From the IMG/VR virus record IMGVR_UViG_3300027822_000016, positions 1-55,299 of that record: a DNA stretch of 55,299 nucleotides; one strand, given 5' to 3'. Positions 1 to 9,029 of this stretch are shown one piece after another (the first letter of the stretch is position 1; each line of letters opens with the position of its first letter). This stretch comes from a virus. Lineage: Duplodnaviria; Caudoviricetes. The notes beneath the pieces were generated by a model, which worked only from the letters and a program-made list of their open reading frames with translations, was not told the DNA's origin and searched no databases. Both the position numbers and the translations under genes were made by a program.

Positions 1-256
1 TCAACAAACCCGTACCACTAAAAAAGTCCTTCGCCAACAACACCGGATCGGTGTCTTCCGTCCCCCCAATCTGCACACGCAACAATCGACCCTCATCCAG
101 AGAGAACGGCGGAGTATTCAAAGGAGAAGCAGCATTGAAAAACGAAAACCGGTCATCCGAATTGTCAAGAGTCGCACGAAACCTCCCCGGACTGACCTTC
201 CCGTTCAACTGACTCGCGCTATCCCGCCCCGCACTCGTCTCCGCACCCAAAACATA
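1..256. repeat. Terminal direct repeat/assembly overlap, copy 1 (matches 55044-55299)
   Basis: 256 bp identical to the window end except at 128, 155 and 209. Confidence 0.97.
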
Positions 257-1066
257 TGAAGTAATATCCTCTTCTACCTCGGAAAAATCCCCATCCCCAT
301 CGAAATCCCAAACAATCTCAATATCACTCTCCACCTGGCTTATTTCTTTGGCGGGAACAAACACAGCAGTGCCCGCCCCATCAACAATCAGCCCACCAGG
401 TTGACGCAACGTCGGAGCCAAAAGCACTGAAAGCGGAGACAACACCAATGTATAGACGTTATAACTCTCCGACTCCGAAAGCGTCAAAGCCGCAGGATCA
501 TCCGTTACCGCGTCCAACTGTCTCGCGGCAAAGAAACTCGTCGAACCATTGTTCAGGCCGCCACCGCCATTGACCTGCGTCTGCCGATGCGTATAATTCG
601 TCGGCCACCCCGTCACCGTCGCATCATCATCGGCCGCACCACCGACAACGATAAAAAGATTTTTCTCCGTCCACGAACCAGTCACAGAAGGAGGATTCAC
701 ACTGGAACCGGCACCAGAAACCCCAGACGAAATGGTGAACACCGTCGGGTCAGCATTACGGATCACCCAGGTGATCGCAGAACCACTCGCAGACGTTGGT
801 AGATCAACGTCATGCGTATCAGACGAGTCAAATCCATCGGAAGCTTTGCCAAAAAGCAGCATCGTGGCGCCGGTATCCGACCGTGCCATCTCCGTGAAAT
901 CACCTGTCGTGGGGAATGCCGCGTCCGCTCGCACGCCCTCCAGGTTGACCGAGCAGAGGATAATGTCATCCTCTTGAATTCCTGATGGGAGGGTGACAGT
1001 AAATGTGTTGACATTTGTCGTGTAATTATCTGTGGATTCTGCGACCCACGAGGGGAAAACAGCCAT
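1..1066 (-). CDS. Large minor tail protein, 5' part (continues across the circular junction into 55043-52876; about 1077 aa in total)
   Basis: Manual translation from ATG at 1066 (MAVFPSWVAES...VWDFDGDGDFSEVEEDITSYVLGAETSAGR) is open and in frame with the 52876..55293 ORF; follows the tape measure and collar genes. Confidence 0.85.
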   Translation of the reverse strand, partial: MAVFPSWVAESTDNYTTNVNTFTVTLPSGIQEDDIILCSVNLEGVRADAAFPTTGDFTEMARSDTGATMLLFGKASDGFDSSDTHDVDLPTSASGSAITWVIRNADPTVFTISSGVSGAGSSVNPPSVTGSWTEKNLFIVVGGAADDDATVTGWPTNYTHRQTQVNGGGGLNNGSTSFFAARQLDAVTDDPAALTLSESESYNVYTLVLSPLSVLLAPTLRQPGGLIVDGAGTAVFVPAKEISQVESDIEIVWDFDGDGDFSEVEEDITSYVLGAETSAGRDSASQLNGKVSPGRFRATLDNSDDRFSFFNAASPLNTPPFSLDEGRLLRVQIGGTEDTDPVLLAKDFFSGTGLL

Positions 1067-1080
1067 AAAAAACTACTCTC

Positions 1081-1992
1081 TCACGTCGCACGGATGATGC
1101 GTGTCACCGCGAGATATGCCGGATTCGCCCCCAGCGTGTAACCCTGCAACGATGTCCCATCGGTTTTTATCCCCGTATCGACAGAGACGACATCCCCCGT
1201 TGCGTTGTACGCACGTCCCGCAGGCCATGACGTGAGCGTTGTCAACCCGCCAATAACAGCATCCGACGCTTCATCCAAAAAAATTTCTGCCCCTGCCCCC
1301 ACCCCATTGAGATCATGCGTGTGGTCCAACGTTCCGCCCGTCTCCCCCAGAACAGATCCAACACCTGATGCGGCGAGACCGAGCGAAAATTTGCCGCGAG
1401 TATCCGGCAATGTGAACGTCGTCGACCCATCACCAACACCATAGGTCGTCCCTATGACCGCAAAAAGATCCGCATACGTTGTCCTCGAAATGTTACTGCC
1501 GTCCTCAAGCAAATATCCATCAGGGGCAGTTGACCCACGAAAATCGACACTCGATCCTATCGGCACGGTATCTCCTGCCCCATCGGAAAAATGAATCACC
1601 GGAGTGATCTCAATTTCGTCACCCTCAGATGTTATGGACATAGGCGCATCCAACTGGCGGAAACCTCGAAGCTTCCCGCCAACGGATTTCGTATAGTAGT
1701 AGCCATAAATTGTCTGCGCCGACCCGGACGATGACCTGGTGAATGTCTGTGTTGCATACGAACCGGACGCGGGATCGCCTTCGGCCGTCACCCACGACGC
1801 AACAACCAGCGTAACATTCGCATACCCTGGAAAGTTTGCCTCCGTAAAATCTGTCTCGTCCAATGCCTCGATCTGTGCTGGGGTCAGGCCGCCTATCACA
1901 TCATTTTGAAAAAGGTGCAGCTTCCAATCCTCCCCCAAAATGAGGTCGAGCATGGCGAGCTCTGCTTCGTCGGGCACACGAAATTGGCTCAA
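1081..1992 (-). CDS. Minor tail protein with tail-collar domain
   Basis: PIGSSVDFRGSTAPDGYLLEDGSNISRTTYADLFAVIGTTYGVGDGSTTFTLPDTRG is a typical tail-collar motif; lies just after the tape measure gene. Confidence 0.85.
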   Translation of the reverse strand: MSQFRVPDEAELAMLDLILGEDWKLHLFQNDVIGGLTPAQIEALDETDFTEANFPGYANVTLVVASWVTAEGDPASGSYATQTFTRSSSGSAQTIYGYYYTKSVGGKLRGFRQLDAPMSITSEGDEIEITPVIHFSDGAGDTVPIGSSVDFRGSTAPDGYLLEDGSNISRTTYADLFAVIGTTYGVGDGSTTFTLPDTRGKFSLGLAASGVGSVLGETGGTLDHTHDLNGVGAGAEIFLDEASDAVIGGLTTLTSWPAGRAYNATGDVVSVDTGIKTDGTSLQGYTLGANPAYLAVTRIIRAT

Positions 1993-3557
1993 TTCATTCC
2001 CCCGAATCCCCCGCGAAGGAGTTCATCGCGCACGACAGCGACCAGTTCTCTTTCCGAGATGACGCTTCCGGATACGTTCACGACTACCGATGTCCCTGCG
2101 CCTTGTTGTCCACGCATCATTCTTTCGGTGTCCGGGCCAGAGACAACTCTCCGGCCTGCGCCTTGGATAATTTCTCTTCCGCGTTCTCCGACAGTTGACA
2201 TTCCCGATCCGGTGATGCCTCCATGTTGAAAACCGAGGATGTTTCGTACAGCTCCAACACCAGGTATTTTACTGAGCGCATTCACGAGAGAACGTAACTG
2301 TTTTTTCATGAAATTGATAGAACTCACAACAGTATTCTTGATTTTTCCGAATATGTTGCTCACAATGTTGAAAAGTCCGCTAAAAACGGATTGCCCCACG
2401 GAAATGATGGTGCGTAAAACGGACAGTACGACATCTATTGACACTGACACCACTGAAGCAATCGCCCCGAATACCGCTTGTGCCACGGCCAGAAGGCCAT
2501 TGAAAATCGGTGTGCCGACGAAAAGGAGCGCCCGGAATGCCGCGGTTGCCACTGTGGTGATGATTTTGAAGACGATCCGTAGGTAGGCGAGATAGACTTT
2601 TGCGACGACCGAGAGAGCTGCGAACACTGGTTTCGCCACGGCTTTTATAACGTTAAACGACACTGTTGCCAGGGTGGAGATCGCTTTGAACGTGACTCGC
2701 ATGGCGGCGGAGAAGCTGTCGGCGAGGACAGACATTGCAAAAAAGGATGCTTTCGCGATGACGCTAATACCACGAAAAACTTGTACGCCTGTCCGGTAGA
2801 CCACTCCGAGTAGGTATCCCACCAAGTTGAGTGCCACTTTCGCGGTGAACGCCACTGCCTGGAAGGCCGGTTTGGCAACTGCGACAATCCCACCGAATAC
2901 CGTTTTCACCACGGTGAGAATCCCGGAAAACGCGGCTTTTATCGCGTCAAATGCTGCGACAGCTGCGTCTTTTACAAACGTGAAGCTTTTTTCCAGAAGT
3001 GGGCCAACGGGGGCGAAGAAGTCTGCTATTTTCCTGACGGCATCTTTGACAGCATCAGTGACACTTTTCCACACACTGAGCGCGACTTCTCGTACTGTAT
3101 CCCAGTTTTTTACAAGGAGTACGACGACCGCGATCACTGCAAGAACGGCGAGGATGAGTGGACCCATCGAAATTGCCCATGCAGCAGCGTTTTTTATCCA
3201 GGCGACAGAGTTTGCGACGATCACTTTCGTAAAATTTGCTATCGTCGGGACGATAAAATTTGCTATTCCCGATGCGAGGTCTCCGAGACCGGTGAGATAA
3301 TCGACTGGTCCTTCTGCGGTGGAGAGGTCTTCGAGGCCGGTGAAAACGTCGCGTAATCCCAGGATACGTTGTTCTGTGCCGTCTGCCGCGTCTGTCGCTT
3401 TGTCGAATCCTTCGTCGCTTGTTCGTCTGAGTGCTCTGGTTGCATTGTCTGATGCGCCGACGAGTCCGCCTAGACTTTTTTCGGCGTTGTTGAATGCTGG
3501 TGCGGAATCGTCTCTGCCGGTGATGACAATTTCTATTGCGTCCGATCCAGCGGCCAT
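1989..3557 (-). CDS. Tape measure protein
   Basis: 522 aa; N-terminal IVITGRDDSAPAF; hydrophobic segment followed by periodic Ala/Val/Phe amphipathic repeats; C-terminal GERGRE; follows the chaperone pair. Confidence 0.88.
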   Translation of the reverse strand: MAAGSDAIEIVITGRDDSAPAFNNAEKSLGGLVGASDNATRALRRTSDEGFDKATDAADGTEQRILGLRDVFTGLEDLSTAEGPVDYLTGLGDLASGIANFIVPTIANFTKVIVANSVAWIKNAAAWAISMGPLILAVLAVIAVVVLLVKNWDTVREVALSVWKSVTDAVKDAVRKIADFFAPVGPLLEKSFTFVKDAAVAAFDAIKAAFSGILTVVKTVFGGIVAVAKPAFQAVAFTAKVALNLVGYLLGVVYRTGVQVFRGISVIAKASFFAMSVLADSFSAAMRVTFKAISTLATVSFNVIKAVAKPVFAALSVVAKVYLAYLRIVFKIITTVATAAFRALLFVGTPIFNGLLAVAQAVFGAIASVVSVSIDVVLSVLRTIISVGQSVFSGLFNIVSNIFGKIKNTVVSSINFMKKQLRSLVNALSKIPGVGAVRNILGFQHGGITGSGMSTVGERGREIIQGAGRRVVSGPDTERMMRGQQGAGTSVVVNVSGSVISERELVAVVRDELLRGGFGGMN

Positions 3558-3805
3558 TACAATCCCAAGTTTTCTACATCATGTGTGTCAGTATCTGTCT
3601 CGAATTTGTCCGGATGCGCAATCGACTCTATCTCCAGTAAGCGCAGTAGACTCGCCCCTTCATTGTTTACCTGAGACGGTAGACAGTGAAATCTATCGCA
3701 AATCCCGAGTACAAGATCTGCGTCTATTAGCTCGTTAGGTGCGTCTTCAAAATCTCCTGCGAAATTTCCACTGGCATACCACTGCCCGAGCGATGCTCTA
3801 AAGGG
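3557..3805 (-). CDS. Tail assembly chaperone, -1 frame extension (GT-like part)
   Basis: Overlapping ORF ending at the tape measure start, with motif RFHCLPSQV; entered by -1 slip at C CCT TTA. Confidence 0.7.
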   Translation of the reverse strand, partial: PFRASLGQWYASGNFAGDFEDAPNELIDADLVLGICDRFHCLPSQVNNEGASLLRLLEIESIAHPDKFETDTDTHDVENLGL

Positions 3806-4158
3806 GTGGAGATTTGTGCCACCTCTTCCATCCACGTATTGATAATTTTGATGACGCTTGCAAGTCCGAGGTAGTCAAGACCTTCGGTGTTCGCTGGGAC
3901 TGGAATATTGTTTTCGTCGACAATATTCCAGCTGATGAGGGATCTTCCAAAAAAATCGAATACTTTTAGGGCGTTTTCGGTATTCACGCCCACTTGTTCG
4001 CTGCTGATTGCACCTTGAATCCGCATGAGTGAGCGTAACTCGCCAATGGTGAACTCATGTACAGTGATTTCCAGTCCCAGCAGATCATCGTTCGGGTCCG
4101 CAAAAACTATCTTGTACGAACTCTTTTTAGGGCTGAATCCGCTACTTGTTACGACCAC
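3727..4158 (-). CDS. Tail assembly chaperone (G-like)
   Basis: 143 aa between tail tube and tape measure genes; ISWNIVDE motif; in-frame slippery heptamer. Confidence 0.75.
   Translation of the reverse strand: MVVTSSGFSPKKSSYKIVFADPNDDLLGLEITVHEFTIGELRSLMRIQGAISSEQVGVNTENALKVFDFFGRSLISWNIVDENNIPVPANTEGLDYLGLASVIKIINTWMEEVAQISTPLEHRSGSGMPVEISQEILKTHLTS
3799..3805 (-). other. Programmed -1 frameshift slippery site CCCTTTA
   Basis: X XXY YYZ heptamer in the correct phase; the -1 frame is the 3557..3835 ORF. Confidence 0.75.
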
Positions 4159-4556
4159 GTAGGCACCGTCCCGTCCCCCAGAGTAAATGGGACAGAAAAC
4201 GTAAGCTCTCCCGATGAAGCCCTGGTAATCACATAGTCAGTGAGATAGCATTCGTTCGCGAGTGTCTGGCCGTCAACCACCATAGTGATTGTGCGTAGAG
4301 CACTCGTGGACGGGATCGTTTTGAACACGTCGTGTGCCTGATCTGTCGCAGAATCGAAAACGCCCGCCATCGTCCCGGAAAAGTCCGCAAGCAACAACAG
4401 CCGTTCAAATGCGGATTTATCAAGACCGGTAATGTCCTGCACCCCGCGCGGCATTGCGACGTCCAAGCCCGTGATATTCTTCCGCAAACCCTTGGCAGCG
4501 CCCGCGGCGTTGTCGACATCAAGAGTGGTCCATGCGAGACCTGATACTGCAGCCAC
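4149..4556 (-). CDS. Tail tube (major tail) protein
   Basis: 135 aa, Thr/Gly/Ala-rich beta-type sequence (DITGLDKSAFERL), directly upstream of the chaperone. Confidence 0.7.
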   Translation of the reverse strand: MAAVSGLAWTTLDVDNAAGAAKGLRKNITGLDVAMPRGVQDITGLDKSAFERLLLLADFSGTMAGVFDSATDQAHDVFKTIPSTSALRTITMVVDGQTLANECYLTDYVITRASSGELTFSVPFTLGDGTVPTWS

Positions 4557-4741
4557 TATCGCTCACCCCTTTGCATATCTTTATAAAATTCCCACTGTTG
4601 CTCCGGACCCCACCGGTCATCCCGTGATTCTTGCGCTGGAATGGGACGGATGCTCGTATTGCCGTCATATATGGGTTTTGCGAGGGATTCAAGATCTTCG
4701 TACTCGCCTATAACCCACTTGAAACCAGGAATTCCCCACAT
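4556..4741 (-). CDS. Hypothetical protein (61 aa)
   Basis: Fills the gap between co-oriented genes with abutting ends. Confidence 0.55.
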   Translation of the reverse strand: MWGIPGFKWVIGEYEDLESLAKPIYDGNTSIRPIPAQESRDDRWGPEQQWEFYKDMQRGER

Positions 4742-4743
4742 TG

Positions 4744-5154
4744 CTATTCCTTACGTATTTTGTCGAGGGATTCGGAGAAATGCTCCACCCACAAACCCGG
4801 TTTCTTATGCTCCACCTGCAATGATTCCTTTCGCTTTCCCCTACCATCGAACACCAAAAAATTCTCTTCTCGGATCTGTATTCGGTGTTGTGCTGCCCGA
4901 AAACAGGTCTGGCCAGGGGGGAAGACGAATTTGAGCATGTCGTCCGCGACTTTCTCAACCGTGAATTGCCGCCCACTGTACGTACGAATGTAGAACTCCT
5001 GCCTTCTTCCGAGGTCGGTGCGTAGATCCAGCACCGTTTTCCATCCCTTTTGGTACGCCTGGCAGTCTGCTTCTTGGCAGCTGATCGTTTTCCAGTGTGT
5101 GTCCGCTGGGGAATTGAGAGTGAAAATTTCGGTTGGCGTGGGTCTTACATGCAT
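4744..5154 (-). CDS. Hypothetical virion-region protein with Cys/His motif
   Basis: THWKTISCQEADC...CFRAAQH; tightly packed in the tail operon. Confidence 0.7.
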   Translation of the reverse strand: MHVRPTPTEIFTLNSPADTHWKTISCQEADCQAYQKGWKTVLDLRTDLGRRQEFYIRTYSGRQFTVEKVADDMLKFVFPPGQTCFRAAQHRIQIREENFLVFDGRGKRKESLQVEHKKPGLWVEHFSESLDKIRKE

Positions 5155-5155
5155 G

Positions 5156-5875
5156 TCATGGGTTCCTGGATACGGCGACGATCAGGTTGGCTGTGGTGAA
5201 TGTCCCGGTCACGGCGATGCGTAGCCATTGTTCAAGGTTCCCGGTAACGGCGATACGCTCTGATGTGACGTCTGTTGCGGTGGTGAATCCACCGCCTGTT
5301 ATGTTGGCATAGGGGTCTCCTGACCCATCATCAGATGATTCTTGCAGCGTGACTGTCATATCTGTCCCGGTGAACGCCGTGACATGCAAATACGCCTGCA
5401 ACCCACTGGTAGACGCTGCCCCTGCGTCCAACCCGCCCCCATTCCCGACACCAGCAAACGTCTGTATCCCAGTAGTGAGCAAGTTGCCGTGATCGAGCAC
5501 ATGCCCGCTCCCCTGCAACTCCGTCGTAAGAGCCAAAGATCCGTCCGTACCCCTCGACAAACTGTAGTCAACTTGCTTCGCCGAAATACTGGAGGACACG
5601 TACCCCAACGTCTGCCCGTAAGCGACAGTGCAAAGCACATTCGCCATAGGCAAAGACGCAAGAACAGGATGCAATTGCCCCGCAGAAGAGTCGAAAAACC
5701 CCTCAAAAGACATTTTGGCGTCATTCAACCCAGAAATACGCATATACGCATGCTTATCTATACCCGTGACGTCCAGCAACGCAATTTCGCTACTAATCTC
5801 CAGGGAACCAATATCAGCGGATAGATGGTATTGATCCAGGACCGCGAGCATCCCCAGGCCGGATTGACTAGCCAT
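5156..5875 (-). CDS. Tail tube-like protein with C-terminal extension
   Basis: Likely start MASQSG at 5875; N-terminal half resembles 4149..4556 (DVTGIDKHAYMRI vs DITGLDKSAFERL). Confidence 0.65.
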   Translation of the reverse strand: MASQSGLGMLAVLDQYHLSADIGSLEISSEIALLDVTGIDKHAYMRISGLNDAKMSFEGFFDSSAGQLHPVLASLPMANVLCTVAYGQTLGYVSSSISAKQVDYSLSRGTDGSLALTTELQGSGHVLDHGNLLTTGIQTFAGVGNGGGLDAGAASTSGLQAYLHVTAFTGTDMTVTLQESSDDGSGDPYANITGGGFTTATDVTSERIAVTGNLEQWLRIAVTGTFTTANLIVAVSRNP

Positions 5876-6332
5876 TTTGCACCCACACATCCCCGACAAT
5901 AATCGGGACCGTAAGATCCACCACCTGATAAAACCCGCTATCACCAGGAACAAACCCGGAAATTGCAGTCATCTCCACGCGCTCAATCTGAAAAATATCC
6001 GTCACAATGGCGTCCCCCGACAATCCGACTGAGGTGTGGATTTGCGCGAGCATCTTTTCCGCTGCATCCCACACAGCAACATCAATGAGATCTATCGGCG
6101 CAGTCATCTTGTTTTTATAAATTCGTACGGTGCAGGTCAGGGCCACGGACGTGCTGCTTAATCCAGAGAATGATGCAGATGGAGTGAGTGAAGTAGCGGA
6201 AATAGCGCAAGCAAGACCCGACGCGGGCAATGTGGTAGGCGAATTCCCGACAATTACCGCATCAAAAATACCAAGCGTTTCCGCATATGTCGTAAGACGC
6301 GCAAGAATTGCGCGAACATCAAGAGACGCCAA
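5868..6332 (-). CDS. Putative tail terminator/completion protein
   Basis: 154 aa; position in the neck region. Confidence 0.55.
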   Translation of the reverse strand: MASLDVRAILARLTTYAETLGIFDAVIVGNSPTTLPASGLACAISATSLTPSASFSGLSSTSVALTCTVRIYKNKMTAPIDLIDVAVWDAAEKMLAQIHTSVGLSGDAIVTDIFQIERVEMTAISGFVPGDSGFYQVVDLTVPIIVGDVWVQNG

Positions 6333-6338
6333 GAAATA

Positions 6339-6707
6339 TCACTTCCCCATCGACTTTTTCACACTCCGCCGAATTTCATCTTCCGTGCTCCGCCTGGACA
6401 CGCTAATCAACTCTTGATACGCTTTCCTCCACAACGCATACCCGGCAAAACCCCGCCCACCGAACTCCAACCACGGGCCATACGCCACACCACCATCAGT
6501 AATCGTCGTGGAATCTGCCGTTTTTATCTGGACGACACTTCCTTTGTAACGGCCTGTCGGGTGCTTATAGATTTTTGTGGACTGCCGAAAAAATCGCAGT
6601 GTGTGGCTTGAAAGTCCGACAATCGCCTCGTCTGTTGCCGCTTCGATGGCAACTTTTCCAACACCAGGGTAGGGAAAGTCCCCGACATTCAGCCTCACTT
6701 CTGCCAT
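6339..6707 (-). CDS. Putative neck protein (HK97 gp10-like)
   Basis: PTGRYKGS...YGPWLEFGG...FAGY motif and position. Confidence 0.6.
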   Translation of the reverse strand: MAEVRLNVGDFPYPGVGKVAIEAATDEAIVGLSSHTLRFFRQSTKIYKHPTGRYKGSVVQIKTADSTTITDGGVAYGPWLEFGGRGFAGYALWRKAYQELISVSRRSTEDEIRRSVKKSMGK

Positions 6708-6729
6708 TGATAACCCCTAAAAAATATGT

Positions 6730-7785
6730 CTACACAGAAAAAATGCGTGACCTGCGACGATAACTGTTACGTAACGCGACTCTCTCACTCTCAAGACCTG
6801 CACCGCGGGCTTCCCTCGTCCCATCCCCGGCACCTATTGTTCGGCCGTACGCACTCGCCTGTTGCTGCAGCATCACCGTTGCTTCCGCTATGACATACGT
6901 ACGCAATACACTTGGTACGTCCCAATAACAGACAGTCGTTCCACTATCGTGCGATGTTGCGACAGTCCCGAGGATTGCACGTTCCACCACCGCGTCCTTC
7001 TGTGCAAAAAGCGAATCCGTACCGTGTGATGCGAGGACCGATCCGTGAACTGCCCGCGTGACAGTAAGCTGCGTCGCAGAATCTACCGTCTCCACACGTA
7101 ATGTCTCTGCATCCAGTCGAAGAAACTGTCCGGAGGAGAACGTCGCAGTAGATCCCACCAAGAGCGTTTTGTCGTTACTCGCAGCGGTTAAAGAGTTTGT
7201 TGCGTCGACTGCCGTGTCACCCCAGGAACGTTCTATTACTCCCACCCACTCGTCGTCGATCTTCAGTAACGACCCAATCCCCCAGTGCAACGATGTGCCC
7301 AGGGAGATAACAGTATCCGACAAACCTATGAGTCCAGTTGAATTGCAAAAGGGTGTAGAGCTTGCCGTATAGCCGAACGTGCCTGTTATTTCTATCGCTC
7401 TCTGGCTGGTACTCCCACTGGAAAATGTCCCAGTGTCACTGTCTTTTTTGATCTCTATCGAGGAGTAGGGTGGCCCGACATTCACTGGCTCCAGGAAAAA
7501 ATCTGTGGACGGTATTGTTTGACCTGCGACAACAAGTGTGTCGACACTGATAATGTCGAATCCTTCAGCCCAGAGACGCCACGATTTTGATCGTGGTTTC
7601 GCAGGCCATTCCATATATTTTGTTGCGTTGAACGTGGGGTAAAAGACTCTGTTACAGAGTTCCCGGCTTTCGGCTTTTCGCGATGCCGATGCAATGACTA
7701 TGTCGATTTGGGCATTTATTGCAGATGAGTAGTACGTGTCAGGGGAAAATTGCAAATCCTCTCTTGTACAGTACCATATGCCCAT
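6730..7785 (-). CDS. Head-tail adaptor-like protein with beta-rich insertion
   Basis: Likely start MGIWYCTREDL; N-terminal helical connector signature, C-terminal VPSVLR. Confidence 0.6.
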   Translation of the reverse strand: MGIWYCTREDLQFSPDTYYSSAINAQIDIVIASASRKAESRELCNRVFYPTFNATKYMEWPAKPRSKSWRLWAEGFDIISVDTLVVAGQTIPSTDFFLEPVNVGPPYSSIEIKKDSDTGTFSSGSTSQRAIEITGTFGYTASSTPFCNSTGLIGLSDTVISLGTSLHWGIGSLLKIDDEWVGVIERSWGDTAVDATNSLTAASNDKTLLVGSTATFSSGQFLRLDAETLRVETVDSATQLTVTRAVHGSVLASHGTDSLFAQKDAVVERAILGTVATSHDSGTTVCYWDVPSVLRTYVIAEATVMLQQQASAYGRTIGAGDGTREARGAGLESERVALRNSYRRRSRIFSV

Positions 7786-7786
7786 G

Positions 7787-7969
7787 TTATGCCTTATCCA
7801 ACGGGTGCCCGGACCACTCCCATCCGTCAAATGGACAGACCAACCCACCCCTTGGACTCTCCAAAAGAGGCGTCCCATCGTTCGGGCACGCCTCAGGTGG
7901 GCTTTCCACCCACTCGGCAGTAAAATCGATATTTTGCCGCCGTATCGCTACAAGACTCTCCCACGACAT
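7787..7969 (-). CDS. Small zinc-ribbon-like protein
   Basis: CPNDG...CPFDG; abuts the downstream gene. Confidence 0.65.
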   Translation of the reverse strand: MSWESLVAIRRQNIDFTAEWVESPPEACPNDGTPLLESPRGGLVCPFDGWEWSGHPLDKA

Positions 7970-8104
7970 TACAAAACCCCGTAAAAATATGTGGCGGCAT
8001 GGAACCTACAAGGACACACGCACGTCCCATGCCTTGCCGACTGCCGTGTCGGCTACCAACAGTGTCAACCCCCTGTGACAACATCCGTACGATGTCGAGT
8101 CCTT

Positions 8105-8530
8105 TCACGCAATGAGATTGGAGGGCAGCGAACTCGGGTCGGCCATCTCTGCCAAATCGTAGATAAATGCCATACAAATACCGCCATCAACCGTCGCCTC
8201 GACAGAGTCAAACCCCTCGGACAGCTGACGGGCACGGATTGTCACAACCATTGAGTCGTTCACCGCATCACTCCCGAGATCAGCTGTTGCCGCTGCCGTT
8301 TGTGTGACCTCCGTCCACGCACCACCGACTCCAGGGGATTTCCAGAAGTGTTCAATCTTGACAAGATTCTGCTCCGATGCCCCACCGACCGACTCTTTCA
8401 AAGTAAGAATCGTCGAACCGTCAGCCTCGAATGTCACGAATGAAATTGTCTGTGCCCGTGTCATCGGAATATGTATGCCACTTGCAGCGGCGATGACGTT
8501 AAATGTAAAACCAAGTCCCTCAAAAGCCAT
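8105..8530 (-). CDS. Capsid-associated/hypothetical structural protein
   Basis: 141 aa, good RBS, downstream of the capsid gene. Confidence 0.65.
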   Translation of the reverse strand: MAFEGLGFTFNVIAAASGIHIPMTRAQTISFVTFEADGSTILTLKESVGGASEQNLVKIEHFWKSPGVGGAWTEVTQTAAATADLGSDAVNDSMVVTIRARQLSEGFDSVEATVDGGICMAFIYDLAEMADPSSLPSNLIA

Positions 8531-8549
8531 GTATACCTCTCGCTATAAA

Positions 8550-9020
8550 TTAGACTGCTACGATCGCTGCACCATTGTCAATGGGGTAGTACAGTAGCTT
8601 CCAAGAAACAGACCCCGTATTGCTCGCTCCACACTCCAGCTCGATCGCCCCAGGTTCAAGGTATAGCGGACTTGCCAACTGCAAGCTTGACACGAGACAT
8701 TGTAGTCCTGCTGTCATAGCGGTTGCTGCAGTCCCAGTGAGCGAATAAAACGTCCCTACCGCATCAGCAGTGATATCCAGTGTTGCACACAAGTCCGTAC
8801 TTGCGCCTGTCGCGGTCGGATTGAATACAAGTTTTGTAGCATTTATCTGTGTCTCGATCACCGTTGTCACCTCTCCAATAAGAGAGACAACATGCACACC
8901 GCCTCCGGTGATGGTGAAAAGTGATTCTGCCCCTGTCTGTGGTAGCGTCGCAGTCGCACGACTAACGAAAATACCTCCGGCAATCGCCCGTACCTCATCA
9001 CCCTGAATCATCGTCGTCAT
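8550..9020 (-). CDS. Capsid-associated/decoration-like protein
   Basis: 156 aa Thr/Ala/Gly-rich protein immediately after the capsid gene. Confidence 0.6.
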   Translation of the reverse strand: MTTMIQGDEVRAIAGGIFVSRATATLPQTGAESLFTITGGGVHVVSLIGEVTTVIETQINATKLVFNPTATGASTDLCATLDITADAVGTFYSLTGTAATAMTAGLQCLVSSLQLASPLYLEPGAIELECGASNTGSVSWKLLYYPIDNGAAIVAV

Positions 9021-9029
9021 AGCAGGACC

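Noticed and set aside
1-256. DGR template/variable repeat pair, or true physical terminal repeats
   Set aside because: No reverse transcriptase; differences are synonymous; the repeat lies at contig ends inside a gene, as expected for assembly overlap
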